Source: Vicugna vicugna
Lineage: Eukaryota
Assembly: GCA_013265495.1 (NCBI GenBank)
Contig: MU058213.1
Location: forward strand, 2,852,001 to 2,916,000
DNA: 64,000 nucleotides
Direction of reading: 5' to 3'
Below the pieces are notes generated by a model. The model was not told the DNA's origin and searched no databases. It saw only the letters and a program-made list of their open reading frames with translations. This document shows positions 25,431 to 38,273 of this stretch, in pieces. Numbering within the stretch: position 1 is the first letter of the stretch; each line of letters opens with the position of its first letter. The translations under genes were made by a program, and so were the position numbers.

Positions 25431-27682
25431 CAAACAGCTCACTGGTTACTAGTCCATGCAAAGCCCCTTTCTCCAGCCCTCCACTCCCACCCAAAACACA
25501 ATTGCTCTATGGTTTTTGTGCTCTCTGCCAGATTACTTTCCAGAATGGCTTCTCCAGGCACCACCTCTACCTGTGGTGCACGCGAACTCCTGGTGTCCAC
25601 ATCACCACTGACACTCGGCATCACACACTCCAAGGTTTGCCCAGATAGTAGGTAAAAGGCGGCACATCGTTGTTTTCACCTGCATATCCCACTGACTTGG
25701 AGTCTTCTCAGTTTGATCACTTTCTTAACCTCAATCTCAATCATTTCTTTCCTCCAGGACAATACATTGTTCCTTCTGATCAGCATTACCCAGCACTCGT
25801 GCACCAGGCTCTCTGCCTCTGTGCTCAGGGTTCCATTATACCAGACTTTCTGTTGGAGAATGACAGAGTGGGGCCCGGACTGACAGATGGTCCTCTTCCT
25901 CCCCTCTCCCTACACCAGTCCTTCCCCATATACACACAGCCTAGTCTGGTTATGTCAGTATGTGCTCTCACAGACCAACGTTCTCCACCTGAAACCCACC
26001 TTTAAGACAATGACCTTAATCAGCATTGTTCTGACATCTTTGAAACATGGAGCAGAGACCGCAAATATTCTGACTGTATTAGAAATAGGCAGCCTTAGTA
26101 TCATTGTCTCATAAGACAATTTAGTTCGTGGAAGAGAGAGGCGATGCTCCTTTAGGTCCCAAAAGGCAAAGGTTCAGTTCCTTTTGAAGTTATTTCTTAG
26201 ATTATTTCTGCAGAGACCATTTCAGCAGACTCAGTACCTAGTCCTTTGTTCTCTCTCATCCTTTGTGGGTTCGCTCAATGCTCATTCACCCTTCTTACCT
26301 CGACACCTCCAGGACATGTGCTCCTGATAGGGCACATGTCCTCAGCAGACCCTCCTGAAATGCTTTTATGAAGGCAAGGCCTCTACAGGTCAGTTTGAAC
26401 TAGTCAACGCGAAGATCTATGACATGCCTCTAGTAACTTGCTGAAGGATAGGAAAGCTTTCTAAAACTTAAGGAACAAAAGCCACTTCTAATTTTGATGG
26501 CTCCGTGTGGTATCCATCAGATACCCACCACCCAAGCTATGTGGGACTCACAGAATTTCGCAGGTGGAAACAATACGAGCACTCAACTCCTTCATTAAAA
26601 GAGAAGGATGCTGAGGCCCAGAGGAAGTTACTCAAGTTCTTAAAACATGCTGCATTCAACTGGAACCTGGGCATCCACACAACTATTCTGCCTGCTATTC
26701 GGTGTTGGTAGGCGGCAGGAAAGATTCTTATAAAAAGTTGCTGCTCAGGAAGGCCTGCTCCCCTCTGGGCCAGTTGTCCCCAGGCAGCCTCAAGCTTTAA
26801 GGAGTGGCTACCAAACCCCAAATTGTGCTCGATCCCCCAGACAGCCCTGCAGTTCTGGGGTCTTTGGGTTGGTGTCAGGCTGCCCCAGAGGCTTTTCAAC
26901 ACCCCAGGGAGGCTGCTGGCAGGCCACACCAGCTTCCACGTTGGAAAATCTCCTAAGCGGAAGTCATTTACGAAGCTTTCCCAGACAGCCGATAATCCTC
27001 AGTCTAATGGGTGAGCTCTGGTTTCCTGCATTTGAGAAACAGGCATCCTGAAATACAGGCCTTACAAAAAGACAGGCATAAAGGCTTTAATTTTTGAAGG
27101 AAAATGGCCATGAACAGCCAAGGACTAAGACCAAAGCTGGCAAAGCTAACAAGAGCAAAACTGAGCTTAAGGCAAAAGACAAGCCTTCAGCAGGAAGGGT
27201 CCTGAGGCTGTACACACAGTGCCAAAGCTTTGTCCTTATAGAAAATTTTGCCTTTGGAGTTACTAAAAGTAATACTTTGGAAGTCTCTCTAAACCGAATC
27301 CTGTTTCAAAGAATTTAATCAGGATTGAATTGAAAGATGAGGAAATACCCCTAACACTAGCCCTCAGAGTGTTGTAAGACACAAATTAGATGCTTAATCA
27401 TTAACCATCCCAGGAGAAACCCCTGGCTGTTGGCCCCATGGAAAACCCGCCACCCTGAAAAGCTGTCTGAACAAGACGGGCATGAACAGCACCTTGAGGA
27501 CAACTGGCAGGGCAGAAACCAACATCTAACTTGATGAAAAGGTGTTTCGTTGAGTGGCCACTTGTATGAGGACGATGATATGCAACACCTATGTAGTTCT
27601 CATGAGCTGGAAAATAAGCACAATGCTTCCAAGCAGAGGAAAAGCTGCATCTTTCTTTTTTTTTTCCCCTCTCTTCCTCCCC

Positions 27683-29445
27683 TTTTAAATTGAAGTATAG
27701 CTGATCTACACTGTGGTGTTAGTTTCTGGTGCACAGCAGAGTGATTCAGTTATACATACACAAATTATTTTTCATATTCTTTATCATTACAGGTTATTAT
27801 AAGCCATTGACTACAGCTCTCTATGCTGTAGTGTAGGACCTTGCTGTTTATCTATTCTGGACATAGTAGTTTTTATCTGCCGATCCCAAACTCCCAATTT
27901 ATCCCTCCCTCCTCTTTCCCTCGGATAACCATAATTTTTCTCCTATGTTTGTAAGCCTCTGTTTTGTAAATAAGTTTGTTTGTGTAATTTTTAGATTTCA
28001 CATATGAGTGATACCACATGGTAGATGTCTTGCTCTGACTTACTTCACTTAATATGATAATCTCTAGGTCCATTCATCTTGCTGCCAGTGACATTATTTC
28101 ATTCCTTTTCGTGGCTGAGTAATATTCCATTGTGCGACAAGATCTCTCCCTAAGGCTGAAAAATGTTCAACTGATTTTGTGCATATACACACACACATTT
28201 TCTTTATCCATTTATCAATGGACATTTAGGTTGCTTTCATACCTTGGCTATTGTAAATAATGCTGCAATAAACTGGGGGTACAGATAGCTCTCTGAGATA
28301 GTGATTTTGTTTTATTCAGATATACACTGAGAAGTTAGTTTCCAGGATCATATGGTAGCTCTACTCTCAGTTTTTTGAGGAAACTCCATACTGTTTTCCA
28401 CAATGGAAAGTTTTATATTCCCACCTACAGTGCACAAGTTTCTCTACATCCTCATCAACACTTCTCTTGTCTTCTTGATGATCATCATCCTAACAGGGGT
28501 GAGGTGGTATCCTATTGTATTTACCTAATGATTAGTGATGTTGAGCACGTACCCATTGGCCATCTGGATATCTTCTTTGGAAAAATGTCCATTTGGGTCC
28601 CATGCCCACTTTTTTAATTCAAGTGTTTGTTTTCTGTTGAGTAGTATCAGTGCTCTATTTATTTTGGATATTAATCCCTTACCATATCATAATATCTAAA
28701 CATTTTCTCATATTTGGTAGGTTCCTTTTCATTTTGTTGACAGTTTCTGTGCAGAAGTTTTTTAGTTTGATGTCATCCCACTTGTTGATTTTTGCTTTTG
28801 GTGCCTAATCCAAGATATCATTAAAACTGACATCAAGGGGCTTATCCTCCACATTTTCTCCTAGGAGTTGTATGGTTTCAGGTCTTATATTCATGTCTTT
28901 GATCCATTTTGAGTTGAGTTTTGTGTGTGATGTAAGATAAAGACCCGGTTTCATTCTTTGTCATTTGAGTGCCCAGTTTTCATAGCACCACTTTTGGAGA
29001 GAACATCCTTTCCCCACTGATGCTCTTGGCTCCTCTGTTGTAAAATGACCACGTACGCATGGGTTTATCTCTAGGCTCTTGATACCATTCTACTGATCTG
29101 TGTGTTTGTATGCCAATACCACACTGTTTTGATTACTAGTTATGTAATATAGTTTGAAATCAGGCACTGTGATGCCTCCAGCTTTGTTCTTCTTCCTCAA
29201 GACTGCTTTGGCTATTCTGAGTCTTTTGTGGTTACATATCAATTTTATGATTTTTCTATTTCTGTGAAAAACACCATTGGAATTTTGATAGGGATTGCCC
29301 TGAATTTGTAGATCACTTTGGAGCATATGGAAATTACAATATCACTATTAACTCTTCTAACCAATGCGCATGGGAGATCTTTCAATTTACTTGTATCTTC
29401 TTCAATTTTCTCCCAATGCTTTATAGTTTTCAATGTACAAGTCTC
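27683..29445 (-). mobile_element. 5'-truncated L1 (ORF2 C-terminus and 3' UTR), probably a composite of two subfamilies
   Basis: 3' end 'ttttaaattgaagtatagctgat'; degenerate ORF2 translations '[25 protein letters not shown]' and '[21 protein letters not shown]'. Confidence 0.9.
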
Positions 29446-31104
29446 CTCTCTAGTGTTTATCATGGATTTTCAGATGCAAGCATAGGACAAAATTGAAAAT
29501 GGTGTGGACTGGTTTAAGACAAGGCATTCCATGACATTCATTTTAAAAATGAAAAGAAGATTGGACAAGCAAGTAGATTATGTGTTACATTTATCGAAAA
29601 GAAAAGTGTTTTATATTTTATGTGAAAATTTGTAACTGGTTACTTGGCCTTAAACCACATTAAATAGCAAATAAAAACCAGCTTGACCACATACAGTACT
29701 ATTCAATTGGAGGTTCTAAATTTGACTGTGGGTATGAAAGCAACTGCTGAAACTAAGTCGTATAATTAATTTAGTTTTATAATAGCTGTTACTGTTAGTA
29801 ACCCTATATGGTAGTAGCCACGTTGTAAAGTAATTAAATGTGTGATTCTGTAAGACTGTAACCTATTTGAATGACTGAAATCAGGTCTAATGTATCAGTG
29901 AAAGCTGTGAACTTTTTTTTTAAGTAAGAACATTATAAAGTACATATAAAATTTAAATTACTTAGGAGGTATTTTTGGCTTTTTAAAATGAAGATAATTA
30001 CATATGGATTTTGTTAGAATCATTTTTCCCCATCAACCAAAATATATCCAAATTCTAATTCCTTTAGAAAAAAGTTATTTAGAAGTTAGGGTCAAATCAT
30101 TTTCAGCTTAATTGAATTTATTTAATGTTTATCTCAAGATAAAAATAAAAAGAAGCTGACTTTTTTTTTACATTACATTTATGGTCTTCCCATGTTTTTA
30201 ATGTACAGTTCATATAGCACAAACTTTCATAGTTATTCTAAGTTTTTGAATGCTTTTCCTGAAAAGCTTATAGTGAGAAGAGGATAAGAGGAAAAGACCA
30301 GCCAGAATAAAACCATCTCCCCCACCAAATGCTTCTATAGCTCTTAAATATTTCTAACCATATAGTAATACATAACATGTATTTAATTATAATTATATAA
30401 CTATAGGTCACTCTGTGAATTCATTTTCCCCCACAAATTGTTCTTGGTCTCACCTTTCTTATAGTAATAAAAGTTGCTGAAAGCTAAGAACTTTGGCCTG
30501 ATTCTCTATCATTGCTTTGTTAATTGCATTATTTTTTCATCACTCCTACCTAGGAGTGCCTGATGCATTCTGAAGTAACTTCCATTATTACCAATGCCCT
30601 TATAAAATTTCAATCAGCTTAAAATATTTAGATGCAAACAAAACAGAACAAACTTGTTCTGTATCTTAACTGAGAACCTGTATTTTAACTATGTTAACTT
30701 CCAAAAGCCTAATTCTGTTCACTCCCTGCTCCTGTAAACTCCATAAGAGCAGGGACAAGAGGGGCTCTTGTTTATTCCTATCTTCTCAATGCCTCATACA
30801 TCCCGACACACAGACACCAGCATAACATGTAACTTCTTGTGTGTACAATTAAACCTTACATATCACCTAAGAAAAAACAACTAGAAAGGATTCTTTAAGT
30901 CTACAGTCCTATGAATCTGATGGTCAATTTTTCAGGTGTTATTAGCCCTACAATTTAGCTCTTAAAATCCAAGTTCATACAAAACAAAGTTCTGGAGCAG
31001 ATGTCAGTTTCTCACAGCACATATATAAGTCCGTTTTTACAATATTTACAGATACCTGCCATATTCAAAGTCTGTGTGGATTACAGAGGTGTATGAATAG
31101 GTTA

Positions 31105-31822
31105 CATCACTCATCAAGGAGATACCAATCAACATCACAGTGACACATCACCTCTCACCTACGAGGATGACCACTAGCAAAAAAAAAAAAAAAAACAAGA
31201 CAAAAGATAATTGTTGGCAAGGGTATAGAGAAATTGGAATCATTATACACTGTTGGTGTATTTTTTTTAATGGTGCAGACACTATGAACAACAGTATGGA
31301 GGCTCCTCAAAAATTTAAAAATAAAATTATCATATGATCCGGCAATCCCATGACAGGAGATGTGAAACCAGGATCTCAAAGAGATTGCAGCACCCCTAAA
31401 TTCGTTAACACTAGTCACAGTAGTCAAGATGTGGACACAGCCTAAATGTCCATCAATGCATGAATGGAGAAAGAAAATGTATATACATACAATGAAATGT
31501 TATTCAGCCTCTAAAAAAAGGGAAATCCTGCCATATGTGACAAGATGGATGAACATAAGCAGTCACAAAAGGATAAATAGTGTGTGACTCCACTTAATAT
31601 GACATATCTAAAATAGTCAAGCTCATAGAAACAGTAGAATAATGGTTGCCAGGGGCTGGAGGGTTGAAGAAATAAAGAGTTGCTGTTCAATGGGTATAAA
31701 GTTTTAATTATACAAGATGAGTAAGTGTCCAAGACCTGCTGTAAAATATCATGCCTATAGTTAATACTTAATTGCGCACTTAAAAATTGGTTGAGAGTAG
31801 ATCTCACGCTAAACATTTCTTA
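31105..31822 (+). mobile_element. L1MA-type 3' end
   Basis: 'aacagtatggaggctcctcaaaa', 'cctaaatgtccatcaatgcatgaatgga', 'ggttgagagtagatctc'. Confidence 0.85.
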
Positions 31823-32147
31823 ACGTTTTTTTTTTAAGGCTTTGTGTGGCCTGTCACTACAGCTGGTAAACTTTGATCATTGGGCAGGATATACTCTCAC
31901 TGAATTTGAAATACATCAGTCTAATAAGTAATTCCATGTTTGCTTGAAACAGACAGCAACAGAGCAAAAGGCACTGAAAATAAGCAGGTGCTGCCTTCAT
32001 CAAGCAGTGGCAGCCTGGTGAACCACTCTTCCTTATTGTATTCTTCCCGAACTAGAGTATTCACATTCTCTATTGAAACTTTTTTTTTTTGATACAATGA
32101 GAAAGACGCTGATAAATCCTTATTTAACAGCTCTATTTCCCCCACTG

Positions 32148-32610
32148 GTATGGGTTAAACTGAGTCCCCAAAAAAGGTATGATAAAGTCCTAGCCTCACA
32201 TGCCTCAGAATATGACATTTAGCAATAGGGTTTTTACAAAAATAACTGAGTTAAAATGACATGATGAGGTTGGAGCCTTATCCAGCAAAACTGGTATGCT
32301 TATAAAAAGGGGAAATTTGGACACAGACCAGATATACCCAGAGGGAAGGAGACATGCAGGCACAAAGAAAAGATGGACATGTGACAGGAGTGATGTGTCT
32401 ACAAGCCAAGGAAGAGCAAGGGTTGCTGACACACACCAGAAGCCAGCAGAAACAAGAACAATTTTCCCCTGGAGCCTTCACAGGGAACATGGTCCTAAAG
32501 ATGCCTTGATTTCAAACCTCCAGCTTTCAGATCTAGGAGAGTAAGTTTCTGTTATTTTAAGCCTCCTCAGTTTTTGTTATTTTGTTACAGTAGACCTAGG
32601 ACTCTAATAC
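32148..32610 (+). mobile_element. MLT1C-like MaLR solo LTR
   Basis: 'cttataaaaaggggaaatttggacacaga', 'ctacaagccaagga', terminus 'tttgttacagtagacctaggactctaataca'. Confidence 0.85.
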
Positions 32611-33332
32611 ACCTGCACTTAACATTGCACACCCTTTGTTTTACTAAACCTTCAAAATGGAGTATGATTACTGGTTTCATGGCTTGGCTACTGATTAGAA
32701 AGGAACCAATTTACATACATAATGACACATAGGGAGGCATGGTTACCTGATCTTTACTACATCTCCTTCAAAGAAATTCTATGGAAGGCATACTCCTCCT
32801 TGTCATCCTTTCTTCTTTCATCTATCTTTTGGGACCTTTGCAAGAGCTCAGATGACTCTGTTCTTTCTTGGGCCTATTCATTATTATTTGGTACAAAATC
32901 AAAATGAGATATATATTAAACTACATAAGATAGGCCAAAAGGGTTTTTCCAAAGCCCTTCTACTATATCCAAAATTATATTAACAACTGAGTATTACCCA
33001 AACTCTTCCTCAGATCTCCAGTGGTATTTATTCCCCTTTTCAAAAATTTAAGCAATTTTAGGTACCAAGTAAGGGAAATCTTCCTTGTTTCTACTCTAAG
33101 GCCAACACTCAAAGGTTCAACCTAGAGTCTATTTTATAGCGGATAAGCATTCTGATCTCTTTTGATTACTTATCCCAGAGTAGCAATTATCTATACAGAT
33201 GACATCTAATTTTAAGATTTTTTCATGGAAAGCACTATGAGGAATTTCCCCCCTATTTCCTATGAAGAAACATTCATATAGCAAGCATGATTTCCAAGCA
33301 GAGAAAGTAACTTAAATATAGGGCAGAACACA

Positions 33333-34053
33333 ATTTTTTAAACTGAAGTAAAGCTGACTTACAATATTGTGTTAGTTTCAGGTGTACAGTATAGTGATTC
33401 AGTGTTTTTTGTGAGTTATATTCCGTTATAGGTTCTCACAAGTCAGTGGGCACAATTCCTTGCATTATGTAGTAAACCCTTGTTGCTTATCCATTTTACA
33501 TGTAGTAATTTGTATCTGTTAATCCCATACCCCTATTTTGTCCCTCCCCCTTTCCCTCTAACCTTTGGTAACCAGAAGTTTCTTTTCCATGTCTATGAAT
33601 CTGTTTATGTTCCATATATACATTCATTTGTATTATTTTTGATATTCCACATGTAAGTGATATCATATAGTATTTGTCTTTTTTGTCTGACTAATTTCAC
33701 TAAGCATAATACTCTCTAGGTCCATCCATGTTACTGCAAATGGCAGTATTTCTTTCTTTTCTAGGCTGAATAATATTCCATTGCATGTGTATATATGCGC
33801 ACACCCCGTATCTTCTTAATCCAATTGTCTGTTGATGGGCAGTTGGGCTGCTTTCATGTCTTGGTTATTGTAAACAGTGCTGCTATGAACACCGGGGTGC
33901 ATGTATCTTTTCAAGTTAGTGTTGTCATTTTTTTCCAGATGTACACCCAGGAGTGGAATTACTCAATCATATGGTAGTTCTATTTTTGGTTTCTAAACTG
34001 TTTTCCATAGCGGCTCACCAATTTACATTCCCATTAACAATATATGAGGGTTA
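33333..34053 (-). mobile_element. L1 3' end (laurasiatherian/artiodactyl type)
   Basis: 'ttacaatattgtgttagtttcaggtgtacagtatagtgattcag'; 'ggtccatccatgttactgcaaatggca'. Confidence 0.9.
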
Positions 34054-35084
34054 AAACACAACATCTAACTTCCCCTTAGAGCCACAGATATACCTTTTCT
34101 CTTGGCATGGAGTATTTAAAGCACTGTCATCCACATTTCAGGAACAGTAGCTCCAATTTTCCAAAAAGAAGAAAGAATTAACAATGGATAATCCCCAAGG
34201 ACTCTTAAGCCCAGCACCAAGACTGTCTAGGAACCTTCTGGAACAGCTGAACTAACCGTATGTCCTACGTGCTTCCAACATTGCGCTAAACACCCGACAC
34301 TACCACCACCTACTTGTTTACAGGACATGTATGCTGGGGGGGGGGCGGTGTCTAATTTTCTACAGCTCCAGTGACTGACGCTCAGTTGTCCATTATTACT
34401 TGAATGACTAAACACATTTTTTTTAATAAATCCACCTCTAAATCATATAGAAAGCTAGAGTCCTGAGCAAGTCTCCAGTGAACAGACAGCTTTGCTCACG
34501 ACTTGCAGATAGTACTATGTTCAATGTCAAAGGGATATCCTCCACAGTGGAATGTCCTGGTTTTTTGGGGACTTTTTCATCTCATTTTTGACCTTTGCCT
34601 TTTTCCTACTGACACATCAAATCAAACTGGATCATGGAAGGACACTCCTGTCACTTTTACTCTATGTCAAGCTCATTTCCTGCCTGTAAGATTGGTCACT
34701 GCAAACTCTCATATTCAGCCTTATCCCCAAAATTCTAGGGGACAGCTCAAGTTGCATCAACAAATACATACCATGCATGCAGGAGAACACTTGGTAAGCA
34801 CTGTGAAACCTTTAAAATGAGTTCATTGCCTCCTAGGTACATACAATCTAGTGAACTTTTGAAAACCTAAGTGGCAATAAGAGATTTCAATCAGACATGA
34901 AGACAATCATTCTTTAGAACAAACCGTGTCTCCTTCCCTCTTCCCTGCAGTCCTTTGAACCAATTCAAGAACAACTTTCTATAGAGAGTTTTCCCAGGGC
35001 CCACAGACTCATCTGTCTCTACAACTCGCATTACAGCACCCAGAGGATTCTTCTTGAGGTGATTTACTCAAGGGCAAAAAGCCA

Positions 35085-35300
35085 AAACTTTGTACAAACA
35101 AATTTGAATTAGAATCTTGATTCTGCCCCCTCATAAGCTGTGACTTTGACAAGTCAATTTTTCTCAGCCTCAGCTCCTTAGCCACAGCCTCTGCCTCATC
35201 ATAAAACTGGCAAGATGTTTACGACACGAAGTTGTGATGAGATAAATCAACTAGCATTTTCATGTAACCAGCACCAAGATTTTTATAACTAGTTCCCTTT
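35085..35300 (+). mobile_element. MIR SINE (diverged)
   Basis: 'gaatcttgattctgcc...agctgtgactttgacaagtca...ctcagcctcag'. Confidence 0.6.
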
Positions 35301-36913
35301 ACATTGAGAGCTGTGTTAACTCACGTCACTGGAGAGTCCGCACCTTAGTAATTTTTATGTTAGAGGTTTTGGTTCTGTTTCCCTAAGCTAGATGTTACAT
35401 CCATTAATAAAAGAGACAATCTCTTAAAATCTCCAGAGTGCATATGGCCAACTCCCTCCACACTCACATCCCACCCTCAGAAAAAAATTAGAAAGGAGGA
35501 ACGATTTCTTATGTTGCTAGTGCCAGCGACAGACATGCAGAGAACAAAGTTCATAGACATCACTGCAGCTAAAGTTGAAAAATCAGCCCCCACTGTGTCT
35601 TTACTTCTAGTAAACAAGTTTCTCTGCCGAAAAAGTCTATTTTCAACCCATTTTCATCTATATTGCTAAGCAACACCCTGTACCCCCAGTTTTATTTCTG
35701 GTTCTGCATTTATTGTCACAGACACCCACAAAGTTACATCCCACACACTGGAGTATTTTTAGGTTTCACTTGTGAGCAATCATATGTGCTATCAAGTACC
35801 TCAATTCACAATAATGATGCTTCCTACTTGTACAGAAGTTACAGTCACTGGCAAACATATCACGAACTTTCTCACCCATTTTATGACGCCTGAGCTACTC
35901 AGGGGGTCACCTCTGGTGATCTCACTCCAAGGGGAGATGGCTCACCTAAGATCACACACCAGAGGCGGCAAAGACTCAGCGAAGGCCCATCCTACGTTTC
36001 CCACCCCTCATACAACTTTGAGCCCTTTTACAGGTGAAAGGCCTCAGTTTACCGATCTGTAAAATGCAGAGATTTGGCTTGATCACCTCCACGCATCTAC
36101 AGTTTACTTGGTGTCTAACATTTCATGCCCCATGAGGAATTTTCCTGCTTCCTGCTGACTCACAGCCTTCTTCCACCAACTAACTGAAAAAGGAAACAAA
36201 TGGAAATTTAGCTAATGTTTTATACCAAGTGATAAATATAAAGATGAAGCCAGTATTTAGAAGAAGCTCTGCAAAATAAAGAGTAGGTAATTTTTAAAAA
36301 GTATTGTTGACTCAAAGTTTTAATTTTACCCCTCATTGCTGCCGCACCCTGATCCCTAGTTTCGGCAAACACCTCAGAGTATTTAGAAGATGCTGCCCAC
36401 CAAGGATCAGTAATTACAGTACCAGAGGCTCAGAGAATCACAGGATTTTAAAATCAAAAAGATCCTAGAGACCAGAAGTCATGAGTAATAAGCAAAGGGA
36501 CATTTCACAGGACGACAGCAGTTGGTGACTCAGGATCTGGAAGAGAGTCAGGAACGTGGTCTGGAGACCACACCAAGAGACACCTTCCTAAGTGGCCAGA
36601 AGAACTACGAAGGGGAGCTTCTGGTTAGAACCAGAAAAAGAAACAAGAACAGCAAGGGGTTGAGATATCCATGCACCTTCAGCATTCCTCGTTTCTGTAG
36701 GTTATTGTTTATTTATACACTGTCTTGTTCCCCAAAAAGGTTTCAACCAGTTTACAGTCCAACAATGTAGCATGTTTAAATAAACTTTAAAATGGAAAAA
36801 AAAAAGGCAGAGGAAATGTAAAGTTAGAAGGCATACCGTTTCAACTCCATCTCTAGTGCTGCAGGGAAACAAACACATTACATATTTTAAACAACGGAAC
36901 ATCGTTGTTGTGG

Positions 36914-36922
36914 CCGGAAGTG
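36914..36922 (+). promoter_or_regulatory. ETS (GABPA/ELK-class) consensus motif CCGGAAGTG
   Basis: Exact motif inside a local CpG cluster. Confidence 0.3.
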
Positions 36923-37535
36923 CAGCGCTTCGCGTAGTGCCTGGCACACAAACACTCCAGTTCTGTGAGTTACTATTCATATTAGTAATGTTATTTGTTA
37001 TTAGCCCAATGTTAGTTGTCTCCCCTAACTGACTCTTAAAATAAGAGGTCCAACTTGACCCGATGGCAAACTCCCTTCCCTGTCCTGTCTATTCCCTCCC
37101 CGCCTCCTTTTTTGTCCCCAAATTCCCTAAATGTAGAAGTAATAAATAAAGATATAATGAGCCTTCTGGGCCCTGGGGCCAGTATCTACACTGTTGGCAA
37201 TGTAACCAGCTCTCAGCAAAGCTGTGAAATTAGCCACATTTCTCATCTTTTTTTCCTGCCCTCCTTCTTCCCCTTTTCCCGGTGGCATTGTGCAGCCACC
37301 TAGAGTCTCTCCTTAAACTCTGTTCTACATTTTCAAAGGAAACAAAGCTTTAAAATAAAGGCATTAAGTTCTTAAAGTGGAAATCCAGGTGTCCATGGGT
37401 GAAGGGGTACCAGAGATTTGGGTTTTTTCTTTTTTTTTTTTCCTTCAGAGAGCTACGTGAAGAGGAGTTGTAAATCACTCCTTACTGGTCATAGCACAGG
37501 ACGGAGTAGTAACTGAAAGTCCATCCCCAGTAGTC

Positions 37536-37555
37536 CTGGCGCCCCCAAGTGGCAG
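37536..37555 (-). promoter_or_regulatory. Candidate CTCF site
   Basis: Minus strand CTGCCACTTGGGGGCGCCAG closely matches the CTCF consensus (T)GCCACCAGGGGGCGC. Confidence 0.6.
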
Positions 37556-37696
37556 AGTGTGAATTAAAATGAAACCGAGGTGCCCCTAAAACTGAGTTTC
37601 CTGAGTTCATGTCTAATCTGTCTATCCAAAGCTTCATTCCCTTTCTTCTCCCAACCCCGTTTCCCTCAGGACTGAGCATCAAAGAAAAGCGGGGAC

Positions 37697-38273
37697 TGAA
37701 ACCGAGCAGGACACTGTGGGCCTTCCAAGGGATAAAAGCCCCTCTGTGTCCCTCATTCCTTCTGGGCAGAGAAATAGGCCTTAGTCTCCTAGCCCTTTCC
37801 CTGAGTTCCTAAGAGCAGACTCAGGCAGTTAATAATCAGAACAAGAGAGTCGCAGGACTCCCAGCTCCTTCTGAAGGGATATAGATAACAATCTGCTGCA
37901 TATCTGTACACTGTTCTAAGACCCCACCCACCCAGGGGAGGATGGTGACTACATGCTGACCACAAGAAAGTCAACTCCAGACTGGTTGGAACCAGAAGGC
38001 TGGTGACTGAGATTCTCCAAACATCACCCTGTTATCTCAATCAGAAGAAGGTCCACGAACTGATCAGACATCCTATTACCCTCTCCCCTAACACGGTCTT
38101 AAAAACCCTTGCCTAAAAGCCATTGTGGAGTTCAGGTCTTTTGAGCGTGAGCTGCTCATGCTCCTTGCTTGGCTCCCTGCGAATAAACCCTTACTTTGCT
38201 GAGAACACTCACTGTCATGAGTTTGACCTTCTGTGCCACGGGCACACAAGCCCTCACTTGATACCCAAAGACA
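37697..38273 (+). mobile_element. ERV1-type solo LTR
   Basis: TG...CA ends, 'cttaaaaaccctt' TATA-like region, 'gaataaacc' poly(A) signal near 38181, 'gagttcaggtcttttgagcgtgagctgc'. Confidence 0.75.
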
